Assembly (NCBI GenBank): GCA_964035545.1
Contig: OZ037765.1
Location: 248,001 to 312,000 of the forward strand
Direction of reading: 5' to 3'
DNA: 64,000 nucleotides
Origin: Bugula neritina
Taxonomy: Eukaryota; Animalia; Bryozoa
The notes beneath the pieces are model-generated. The model saw only the letters and a list, made by a program, of their open reading frames with translations, searched no databases and was not told where the DNA came from. Positions 1 to 12,100 of this stretch are shown here, piece by piece; the stretch's first letter is position 1; every line of letters starts with the position of its first letter. Both the position numbers and the translations under genes were made by a program.

Positions 1-5
1 TGCAG

Positions 6-3000
6 GCGGATGAATACGAAGAATACGAGTAAACAGTGCCACAACCGCGCGGGAACGGAGAGCAAGTCAGCAAAGAAATACACAGCTGTAAAGATACTGG
101 AGCTGCCACAGCAGCTTCCGGAAAGTATGATGTAGAAATTGTATCAAACTATTCTGTAGGCTAATCTCATAACTATGGGTAACCATGGTAACACACTCTG
201 TTTATTGGAAGGGCAGAGGGAGGACAGAAGAGTGAAGGGGACTCTATGGAAGCAGTAGATGGGGAGAGTGAGAGAGAGTTAATTGATGAGCCAGAAAATG
301 AAAAGCTGAGTAAGTACTACAGTGTGGTTATATACAGTGTAAGTACATACAGTGTAAGTACATACAGTGTAAGTACATACAGTGTAAGTACATACAGTGT
401 AAGTACTACAGTGTAAGTACCACAGTGTAAGTACTGCAGTGTAAGTACATACAGTGTAAGTACCCAACAGACACTAGAGGAGAGAGTACGTCCAGGTATG
501 ACCCTGATAGCTGTAGCCTCTGTTGGTAGTCACTGGCAGAGTGTCCTTCCAGCCCACCAGAGTAAACAAGCCCTCTCTGGCCTCCTCTGGCAAGAAGTCA
601 ATAAGGAAAAACTCCCTCCCAGAGCCGAGAGGGAACTCCCTTCCAGAGCCGAGAGGGAACTTCCTGTCAGACTCGGTGAGACAGAAGTCAGCGTTGAATC
701 TAGACTGCGAGTTTGAGAGTACAGAAGCACCTTTCAATGTTAAGCAGCAGTTACAGCAGCAGATAAGAAAGCTTGGCGCACTAACTCCAGCCATGAAGGT
801 ACAATTGTCATGCTCTTCTTGGACACATTGTTGACGTAATTTTATTTAAACCAAGAGTTATCCCAGTTTAATTCTAATGTATTAGAGTTTTGTTTTGCCG
901 ATTTGTGTAAATGTTGCTTCAGTTAACTACAGGGAAAGTTTTTTAACTAAGCAACTGGAAGTATTGTGTTATAGTCTAGAAGTAACCTCCAATTATCTTT
1001 CACTCATTACACTCCGAGGGGTGGCCACACAATTTTTTTAGAAATGGAGAGTTTGAAGGGTTCTAATAATTCTGTGAAAACTCTAGACTGTTCTGTGCAC
1101 CCAGTTAGCCACAAAAGCGCTTCAAACTTTTAAATTGAATCAGGAGTTGTCTTCTCTTAACGTTTTTGTGAATCGGCTAAATATCTTGGAATTATTCAAG
1201 CTAATTTATTTTATATAAGCAAAATAATTTTGCTGATAATTATAGATACTTTTTTCACTTTTCTGTGTTAAAAACTCTAAATTTTTTGTCCACCCACTTA
1301 GTCACAAAAGCTCTTTAAACTTTTACAGGAGTTGTTTCCCCACAACTTTGTCCAAATCCATTAAATATTATCTTGGAATTATTGAAGCTAGTTTATTATA
1401 TATACAAGCAAAAACTTTTGCAGATAATCATAGATGTATTTTTCACTTCTCTGAGTTTAATTCTAGTGATTTCCTTGTGAAAACATCTGAAAAAAAGTGG
1501 GCTATATGGACGAAAACAAGCAAAGGAATGGGTTTTCTAGTTATAAGGCAAACATTATTATTGATCAGCTATAAAAAAGCCGAATTATAAGTAAAGCTGT
1601 GTCTGATAATGATTTTCTTCACAATTTTTATTATAATAACTATTTTTACAAAAAAGTAATGAGAAGCATGGGTAGGTTGGTCTGGACTCCGGAAAATAAT
1701 ATTTTAAATGTGTATGATTGAGCTTTGCCAATAAATTTAAGCTGAACTATATATAAATAAACAATTTGGTTTTTAAAACAATGCTATTGGTTAAAATGCA
1801 TATTTTTATACTATCTTGATATAATGACTCTAGAGTCAATTTAGCTCACTTATAGTTACAGAAGAAATACCCTAAAGCTTCCCTATAATTTAAAATATAT
1901 GTGATTATATTTAGGCCACCCATTAGAAAAATGACCTTGAGCTGCTTTATTCAAAGATCATAGGCATATGTACTTTTTTTCATGTGTGCCATTTGTCACA
2001 AAAATAATAATTTCTTATTAGCAAATAAAACAAGCTGAGTTTGAGACTGGTGCATTTTTGTGTGAAACATGGAGTAAACATATTTTAGAGAACAATATTA
2101 TTATTATTATAGTTGTTGCATACCAAAGGAAATTGCATTCAGCTAGAATTTTTTGAACATGGTGGCATTTTTAAAAAAGCAGAACTCAAATGTTTACAAT
2201 TAGATCATGAGGATGCAGATACACAAACTTTGTTACATGCAAAATATCTTACGAACATCATAAGCCCACATGTAATAATCAAATCTCAAGACACTGATGT
2301 CTCGCTATTTGCAAAACGTTACCTTCTCACCAATTATATTTTTTCACGGGTGTGGTAATCATGGTGTCATGCCAGATAGAGGCTAGGCTAAATTTCCTAC
2401 TTAGACGCTAGTTATTTATTTTGGTAAAATGTATTTTCATGTGCAACTTATTTTAATATTATTGAAATATATGTATAATTAAATAAACTTGGATCAATTG
2501 CTTGTTATTTAGCACATAAATAAATTCCTTTGATCCGCATTAATTTAAATTAATTTTGTATATTTTATACATCTTGCCTGTTGTTTAAAAATATATTTTG
2601 TTAAAAAGTATCACTTAAAGATAGAGTCTATTATTAATGTATTACTACCTTTTGTCCCACACAAATTCGTAAAAATAATAGAATATTATTCTAGATAATT
2701 CATGTTAGCTACTATAGCTATTAGCATATTAGCTATTCAGCAATCAATACAACAGTTATATAGGTAATATTAATATATATGATAACAAAATAAAAATAGC
2801 GTCTATCTGGGAGGAAACCATAATCATATTAGGTATTTGAATATCAATTAACATTGCAGCAAATAAATCCGGACTGCAGTTGTATGCAGCACTTACTAGA
2901 TTTCATGCTTTAACAGGTTGTGATTCGACTATAGTGCTTTTTATGGAAAAGGATAGCGCACAGCCTACTCTCTTTTGGGAAAATATCCCGAATGTATGGG

Positions 3001-5271
3001 AAACTTTGAACACCCCGGGAAGTATTTCAAGCTGTCAGCCATTACAGTGGCTGAAGTAGAACAATTTGTCTATAAACTATATGGAGCAGGAAATTTAAAT
3101 ATAGATGATGTCCGATACGCTATATTTTGTTCACCGTCTAAAATAACTCAATACAGTTTGCCTCCAACAAAAGATGAATTAAATTTTCGCGTAAAAAGAG
3201 CAAATTATCAGGCCGCCATTTAGAGAAAGGTGACAACAGCCTATATTGATGCACCACCCCCAGAACATTATGAAAGCACTGTTGAGAATCATGGCAGCAT
3301 AAATAAAAAGTGGATGATTCAAGCTTCCGCACCTGAACATGTATATTGCAAAGTTTAAACTGCTCCTGTAAGACCAGCTGCAACGTATCAAGATGTGGAT
3401 GTCAGAAGTCTCAAATGCAGTGCATGCACCGATGTTCGTCAATGTAAGGATTGTCTGAAAAGAAGCGCTATATTGGGGAAGAAGAAGCTGATGAAACTGA
3501 CGGCAGTGACAATGATGGCGAGAATACTTTTTCATAATGAAGCACTATTTTTAGACATTTGTTATATATTTTACTGCAACCAATTTGATTTTGATCATCT
3601 CTCATGCTTCTGATTCTCTAAATAGTTTTACAGAATCTTGTTGATTTTTGCAGATGTCTAATGGCTACTGACAGACTAGCAAATGATTCACTTGGGCTGT
3701 GCTCAAAAGGTTTCAATATTTATTCATTTCAAGATTTATTTTGTGCTATAATTTTATAAATATAGTTTTTTCACACATCAGCATGACTTTGTTTTTATTT
3801 TTGTATAAATAGCTTGGTCATACAATTATTCTGCATGCATATGCCGCATGCAATATGGCGATTCATAACAAACATATACGTTTATATAAGCAACTTGGTT
3901 TTAATTTGAGATAGCGTCTTGCAGTCTTTAAATTCAGTAACAGCATAGAATTTTAAGTAAGAGGCAAATATTTTTTCTTCAAGATAGCTTGTTAAAATTG
4001 GATACTATTTTGCACAATCCACATTTCTTTTTATCACCCATTTAAGATGTCGATTTGTTTTTTGCAATAACTTGAGTTTGGGTAGAGATAGAATTCTAGA
4101 GTTTGTAGATTCAGAATCAGCACAAAATTCTGATCTAGAAACAACTTTTTTTGAGTGGCCACCTAGTAAAGTGTAATAAGCCAATTTTTTGAGCACTTTT
4201 TGGGAGGTTACTTCTAGACTATTATGAGTGTATGCAATACTGTTTGTCACATGACTGGTCACATGACTAATCATGTGACTCTTACAAGTTTCAAAATGTC
4301 AGGTTGTTTTCAGGGCAAGACATCCGCTATGAGAATGAAGGAATGTTCTAGAGTAGAGAATGGAGCAAAGAGTATGAGATCTACACTACAAGTTCCACAA
4401 ATAGAGAGGAGGTTAAAGTCTGCAGCTTCTGAAGGTCATGCTAACAGTATGGAGGTGATAGATGCTAGTCCATATATATAGCGTATATACGCTACATCCC
4501 TCTATGATATAGTCATATATTATATGATTACAATATGATTATATGATACTCATATTACAGAATGAAGAAACATCTTCACTAACTCTGGTTAGTAACTACT
4601 CAGGGAGCTCATCCTATCTCAGAGATCTGATAGCAAAGACTAAATCTTCACAGTGGAGTTTACCAGAGCAAACACTCAGTACACCTTATACAGTGTATTA
4701 TATACTCTATATTATATTCTATAGTCTATACTATATACTACACTATACTATACTCTTTACTATACTGTATACTATACTATATACTACACTATACTATACT
4801 CTATACTACTCTATATTATACTCTTTACTATATTCTATACTATACTCTACATTTTACCGTATACTATACTATACTATACTATATACTATACTCTAATACT
4901 CTACTACACTACACTATACTCTATTCTACAGCAGACTCCACTCAGTGACACCTCAGGGGGAGAGAGAAGATGAGTGTAACACACCTGATAAACTGATACC
5001 AGAAGAAAAGGCAGCAGAAGACAAGGCAGCAGTACAGGAAGTGGCAGGAGTGGAGGAGGGAGAAAGAGTGGAGAAAGGAGGAAAAGGGAGAGAGGGGGGA
5101 AGAGAGATATTCAGATTGAGACAGAAATACAAGGAGTTTCAGAGGAAACTGCAGTCTGTTCTGCAGGAATGTCTGGTAACCTTGGAGACGGTAATATCTA
5201 GTAGGGGGTACAGCATATCCAGTATAACAATCAGTAGACCAGAGTGTATGGTGCGTAGAAGAGAGAGCTAA
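6..5271 (+). CDS. 3' part of an unidentified multi-exon gene (charged, low-complexity protein); 5' end lies upstream of the window
   Basis: Frame-consistent GT-AG exons: 6-124 (RMNTKNTSKQCHNRAGTE..), 217-309, 471-495, 540-798, 4314-4454, 4561-~4652 (donor uncertain), ~4932/4935-5271 (NAGNAG acceptor; ..ECMVRRRES*). AATAAA at 5706-5711. No recognisable domain. Confidence 0.6.
310..463 (+). repeat. 15-bp intronic minisatellite (gtaagtacatacagt)n starting at the 5' splice site
   Basis: About 10 copies; the first GTAAGT at 310 is the donor of exon 217-309. Confidence 0.9.
2113..3460 (+). pseudogene. Decayed C-terminal half of the Academ protein (XPG/PIN-like nuclease plus Cys8-type zinc finger)
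   Basis: Motifs HEDADT..LLHA, VIIKSQDTDV, FHALTGCDS, SAFYGKG*, LPPTKDEL..RANYQAAI* and CSCKTSCNVSRCGC..C, with frameshifts and stops. Interrupted by a MITE at 2362-2820. No DDE domain seen. Confidence 0.8.
2362..2820. mobile_element. 459-bp MITE nested in the Academ coding remnant
   Basis: Imperfect ~24-bp TIR: TGGTGTCATGCCAGATAGAGGCTA versus the reverse complement of the right end, TGGTTTCCTCCCAGATAGACGCTA. Direct flank TAATCA at 2356-2361 and 2821-2826. Removing it restores ..TGCGNHIRYL.. AT-rich noncoding interior. Confidence 0.8.
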
Positions 5272-5852
5272 GGCTATCTATTAACTCTCACCTTCCTACC
5301 TTCTCCCACCTCACCCACCTTCTCCCACCTCACCCACCTTACCCACCTTCCCCCACCTTACCACCTTCCCCCACCTTACCACCTTCTCCCACCTCACCCA
5401 CCTTACCAAAGATGTTGTATATATAGATAAAGCTGACAGGAAACACTGAACAATATTGTGATATTACAAAGCACAAATACTTTCACCTCTGACAGCCAAT
5501 TGAAATGCTAGAAACAGTTTCATCAGCCAATGAAAATGTCAGTTATAAACAAGTCTACTAGCTAATGGAAATACTAAGACAAGCTGTTCAATGACTGACT
5601 GATATAGTGATAGAATGTGACCACGGCTTTATTTATCACAATGATCATAAGATTATGCTCATTTTTCTAAAAACAAACTTGAACAGCTGAAAAGAGTGAT
5701 TGTAAAATAAATATAACAAAATATAAAACATCTTCCTACAGTTTAGCATATGTTAGAATTACTTATACTTCAGGCATTGCATAACAATACCTGTACAGGT
5801 AGGAAGTAGCATTGCATAACAATACCTGTACAGGTATGAAGTAGCAGTAGCT

Positions 5853-8800
5853 TTAAAAAGAGTTCAACTGGGGACAAGTTTTCTTTGTGTGACCTAAAAA
5901 ATAATAAGAAAACAAATCAATAACTAATAACAGAATAGATTCAGATTCAATCTGCCGGCAGTAAATAGTATCTTATTGCTTTCATCCAATAGCAGTGAGG
6001 TAAACATGTTAACCAATCACCTTCAGCATTGAAAACTTTACTAATTATATAAAGTCACTACTGAAACACCACACGACATAATCACATGACCTAAACACAC
6101 GTCACTTGCCTTCTTCTCTACACTGTCCACACTTCCTCTTAGCTCCGCCCCCTCTGCCGGCTCCGCCTCCTCTGCCAGCTCCGCCCCCTCTGCTAGCTCC
6201 GCCTCGTCCTCTAGCTCCGCCCCCTCTGCCAGCTCCTCCCCCTCTGCCATTTCCTCCTCCACTGTTTGTCTCTTGGTCTGCCCACTGGAAGAATCTACAG
6301 CTCTGATCTCGGGGCTTGGAGCAGGCGTAAAACTCGCGTCCCTTATTGGGACCGTCTTTCTGTACTGTAAGCCTATAAACAAGTGCAAAAGTAATGCATC
6401 AGCACACGGACCAATCATATCGCAGCTCACAACTAGCTGACCTATAGGTGAACATCTTGCAACAAGCAGTGGGTTTAACTAGCCATAACCTTATATATGA
6501 TATTTAAGGGATCGACCAAGGAGAATGCAGACCAACAAATAATAAAAAGTAACCAATCAACACACACGTCATAACACTAGCCAATAGACTTCTAGCTTAC
6601 AACTAGATTACTACCTCACTATTAAACCCCATACTGACCTATTAGCAGGCATATTACAGCCACATTTCACCACATTCCCAAGGTCGTCGTGAGGTGAGTC
6701 GTACTGACGAGCTGTGGAGTTTCCGGAACCTTCCAGAGGCTGGTCGGCCCATGAGAAGAAATTACACTTCCCTTCGTTACACTTAAAGAACTGCCGACCT
6801 AACAGTACACCAGAAACAATTTATACAATACCTACAGCCTGCTGGCCCTACAGCCTGCTGGACCTACAGCCTGCTGGACCTACAGCCTGCTGCACCACAT
6901 AGCTGTACCCATGGCCTGCTGGAATAAAATAAATAAAATAAATCTGCATTCCTTCACTTCTAGTAAGGATTGGTTTGAGACGCAGTACTCACCTTGATTG
7001 GGCCCCTCTTTCTTCACTGTGAGAACTATAGCTATCTGTGAACACATGCACACTGGAACATTTTCCTCATTGGCTGATTCTATCCCTGGGTGACTCATCA
7101 TTGGTGCAGATGGTGTTGTACTGAATTGTCTATTGATAGTCCCTCCCCTTCCTGTACTAGTCCCTCCCCTTCCTGTACCAGTCCCTCCCCTTCCTGTAAT
7201 AGTCCCTCCTCTTCCTGTACTAGTCCCTCCCCTACCTGTACTAGTCCCTTCGCTTCCACTACCAGGCCAATTGTTATTACTCCCTTTGCCAGAGTTAGTA
7301 CCGCCCCTTGCAGTGCTACTTCCTGTGTTAGCCCCACCCCTACCTGAACCAGTAGAGCTAGAAGTTGACTTTATATTGAGACTGAATGCCTCTTTCAGTT
7401 CCTTGTCACACATAATACAGCCGGTGTAGTCGATGTCTATGAAAGGAGGAACGGAGCCCGGTTTGAACTGAATTTGGAGGAGCTTGGTGTCCGGCCCGCA
7501 CTACAAAACAGTCACTTCAAAGAACTCTAGGGAAAATTTCCTCTGGTATTAATATATACACCACCGTACAGTCTCCCCCCCTCTAGTATTAGCATACACA
7601 CCACTGTACAGTCCCCCTCTAGTATTAGCATACACACCACTGTACAGTCCCCCTCTAGTATTAGTATATACACCACTGTACAATCTCCCCCCTCTAGTAT
7701 TAGTATATACACCACTGTACAGTCTCCCCCCTCTAGTATTAGTATATACACCACTGTACAGTCTCCCCCCTCTAGTATTAGTATATACACCACCGTACAG
7801 TCTCCCCCCCCTCTAGTATTAATATACACACCACTGTACAGTCCCCCTCTAGTATTAATATACACACTACTGTACAGTCCCCCTCTAGTACCAATATATA
7901 CACCACTGTACAGTCCCCTCTAGTATTAGCATACAAACCACTGTACAGCCCCCCTCTAGTATTAGCATACACACCACTGTACAGTCCCCCTCTAGTATTA
8001 GTATACACACCACTGTACAGTCCCCCTCTAGTATTAATATATACACACCACTGTACAGTCCCCCTCTAGTATTAATATACACACCACTGTACAGTCCCCC
8101 TCTAGTATTAGCATACACACCACTGTACAGTCCCCCTCTAGTATTAGCATACACACCACTGTACAGTCCCCCTCTAGTATTAGCATACACACCACTGTAC
8201 AGTCCCCCTCTAGTATTAGCATACACACCACTGTACAGTCCTCCTCGAGCACACGAACTTCTAACATCTGTCGGGGCAACCAAATGGCATTGCGACACTG
8301 AGGATAGCCTGAGCACCCGATGTAATAGCCTCCCTTTTTAGAGGGTGTCTGAGTGGACTGCGTAGCAGATGGCTCACTGGAACTCTTCTGACGTAACGTC
8401 ATGTCACAGTTACAGGACGGGCATTTTCTCACGGCAGGTTGATCAGTTACTAGACAAGGAGAGATAACTCTGAGAGTTACTAGACAAGGAGAGATAACTC
8501 TGATTGTTACTAGACAAGGAGAGATAACTCTGAGAGTTACTAGACAAGGAGAGATAACTCCGAGAGTTACTAGACAAGGAGAGATAACTCTGAGAGTTAC
8601 TAGACAAGGAGAGATAACTCTGAGAGTTAATAGACAAGGAGAGATAACTCCGAGAGTTACTAGACAAGGAGAGATAACTCTGAGAGTTACTAGACAAGGA
8701 GAGATAACTCTGAGAGTTACTAGACAAGGAGAGATAACTCTGAGAGTTACTAGACAAGGAGAGATAACTCTGAAGTGACTAGCTATCAACAGACGGAATA

Positions 8801-9120
8801 TTCCAGAACACTCACTTCCTGTCTGCTGAATGACTCCGGGTTCTCCCATCTGAGTATCCAGGTACTTCTGCATCTGTCCGTCAATATCCGCCACTCTCTG
8901 TAAGGAGATTTCAAACTTCTCCCGGTACTTCCTGATCTGGTCTCGGAGAACGTCTGCAGACATACCAATACGTCTGCTTCTACTACTACTATTGCTACTG
9001 CTACTACTATTGCTACTACTACTACTACTGCTACTACTGCTACTACTACTACTACTGCTACTACTACTACTACTGCTACTACTGCTACTACTACTACTAC
9101 TACTACCACTACTACTACTA

Positions 9121-9168
<48 letters not shown>

Positions 9169-12100
9169 GTACTACTACTACTACTACTACTACTAGTACT
9201 ACTACTACTACTACTACTACTAGTACTACTACTAGTACATGATATAACTTACCATCTTTTGCACGTTTTCCTTCACAGATCCTATAAAACAGGAAGTAAT
9301 GAAATTAAACTAATATGCCTACAGTTAATATTACATGCACTGCTACAATACTCTCTCTATACGAGACACACGCTGGGTATATACGAGACACACACTGAGT
9401 ATATACGAGACACGCACTGGGTATATACGAGACACACACTGAGTATATACGAGACACACACTGAGTATATACGAGATACACACTGAGTATATCACAACAT
9501 AAAGATACGTACAGCTTCAAGTCACTCTCCAAGTCAGCTCTCAAGTACGGCTTAGAAAACTCGAAACCCAAAGCATCGTAACCTAGCAACAGAATAGAAA
9601 TGTGATATACATTACGATATATAGTATAATATACAGTATGATATATAGTATAATATACAGTACGATATACAGTGTGATATACAGTATAATATATAGTATA
9701 ATATATGGTACGATATACAGTATGATATACAGTATATGATATACAGTATGATATACAGTATATGATATACAGTATATGATACGATATATCGTAAGAAAGA
9801 CCTTCAACGAGTCCCATCCCGAGTTTGCCTGGCAGGAACTTGTTATCCTGGACTCCGGCGTAACTTCTCTGCTGGATCTTCTCAATGTGCTCGGCGTGAG
9901 TGGCGTCTGTGCCTATGCCGTGCTTCTCCATCAGGGCTATCAGGTCGGCCTCGGTGAGCAGGTTGGGGGGACTGGTCTCCCCCGACTGTATCTACAGAGA
10001 GCAGTATGGAACTCAACAGTGACATAGTCTCAGTGACAAGGCATAGCTTCAGAATCTACACAGTAACCAACCTGTATGGAGTCGGGCTGATAGCAGTCCC
10101 CCGTAGAGAAGACTGGTATGTCTTTGTCAGACCACTTCTCATAGGGGTAGACGTCCAGGTAGTTTCTCTCTAAGATCATCAGACCACTGGCTGTGAACTA
10201 GACAGACAGTAACTGACAGTAATAGTACTAGTTACTGACAGTAATAGTACTAGTGACTGACAGTAATAGTACTAATGACTGACAGTAATAGTACTAGTGA
10301 CTGACAGTAATAGTACTAGTGAGTGAGTGAGAGGGAGAGAGAGAGAGAGAGATAGTGAGTGAGTGAGTGAGAGAAAGGGGGGGTTAAAAGAGAGAGAATG
10401 TATTACCCTTTCAGAAGAGATCTCAATCTCCACGGTAGTTTCAAACCCCTTGGCGTCTTTAGAGCAGCAGGCAAGGAAATGTCTGGTGATGTACTCGTAC
10501 ACTCTCTTCTCATCTCCCTGAATATATAACAAACCTGTGTTACCTTCACATAGCCCCCAGTCCCCACAGGAAGTGTAGCCTTAGTCTAGCAACTTACCTG
10601 CAGGCTAGGGGCGTACTTTATCGGGTGAATAGGGGGGTGAGCTTCGTCCGACTTGTTACCATTTCTTGGAGTCACCCCCTCTTCTAGTACTCTGTTAGCA
10701 AACTCTACCAACACAAAAGGAACTCTCTGCGTTATACTAGATATAAAGTCATGTAGACTCGGAGAGGTGTAGAGATAATAAAGAGCTGCAAAGAGGAAGT
10801 ACACAAAGCTGTTCCACCCACCTCCCCAGGCAGCGTCAGCCGTCTGCTGCTGCACCAGTTCCCGGAGGTTGAAGTCGTGAGGGAACTTGTTAGTCTCTGT
10901 CCTGGGGTAGCTGACGTAGCCGGCAGTGTACAGCTTCTCCGCTATGCCCATCGCTGTCTTCGCACTTATCTTCAGCTTCCTCGACATGTGCTTCTCAAAC
11001 TCCTTCAACCAATAGCAGCACAGTACTAGAATCACAGCCAATCAAAACGCAGCGCATTACATGTATTCATCCAATAGAAATAGCCATTACAAAGAGCAAA
11101 CACTGACATATTTGGTAAACTCTTTCGACCAATAGAAACACACTAAAAGCTTGAGTGAGTAAACTTACCACCGTATCCAAGGCAACTGGACGCCATTTTG
11201 ATTTACTCTTCTTCCTGACGTCTGTGACTGTAGCCACGGGGTTAGCAATGCACTCTTCATAGAGAGCTCTGACTGCATCGTAGTCAAACAGCCGCACTCT
11301 ATGGAGATCAACCAATACCAGATCAATACCAGATCAATAGAAATCAATACCAGATCAATAAGTATCAATACCAGATCAATACCAGATCAATAGGAAATAA
11401 TACTAACTAGTAGATGAGTTCACCAAACAATTAAAATACGTGACAAAATGTACCTTTTCCAGTTGAAAGTAACTCTCTTCCCCTCTTCTTGTAACGTGGC
11501 TATAAAACACAGGGACAGATCATTCGCCAAGTGATAGAGGAGTGATATTGTAGTGATACAGGAGTGATAGAGGAGTGATACAGGAGTGATACAGGAGTGA
11601 ATGGAGCGATAAATACAGGCAGGAGTGATACAGGAGAGATATGAGAGTGATAGAGGAGTGATACAGGAGTGATACAGGAGTGATACAGGAGTGATAAGAG
11701 AGTGATAAGAGAGTGATACAGAAGTGATACAGGGGTGATACAGGGGTGATACAGGAGCGATAAGATCCACTCACTTGACAACTTCCAGAAAGGTTCAGAC
11801 TTGAACTCCTGAATCTGCTTGTATCTCTCAACGACAAAGCCGAGAGTTGGGAACTGGCAGCTGCCGTAACTGATGACCATGTCAGCCAGCTCCGGGAATG
11901 CCGTCTGGTACCTGAGGGTGAGGAATCTGGTGAAGGCAGCACCTGGTGAAAATTATATGAGAATATAGGAGATTATACGAGAATATAGGAGAATATATGA
12001 GATTATATGAGAATATAGGAGATTATATGAGATGGTAAGAGAATGCATGATATTATACATGATATCATATGATAGTAAAGAAAAAAATATAAACTGGAAA

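Larger units (their letters stand above)
972..4221 (+). mobile_element. Non-autonomous (internally deleted) AcademX-type DNA transposon in an intron
   Basis: Perfect 19-bp TIR TAGTCTAGAAGTAACCTCC (972-990; reverse complement at 4203-4221), TAG...CTA ends and 3-bp TSD TTA (969-971, 4222-4224). Second imperfect inner TIR ATTACACT-n-GGTGGCCAC (~1006-1032 / ~4151-4177). ~190-bp subterminal direct duplication (~1076-1270 / ~1271-1458). Carries decayed XPG/PIN nuclease and Cys-rich motifs. Confidence 0.85.

Noticed and set aside
1006-4177. CACT...AGTG ends with a TA duplication (CACTA or Tc1-like element)
   Set aside because: These are an inner inverted module. A perfect outer TIR with TAG..CTA ends and a TTA TSD lies at 972/4221.
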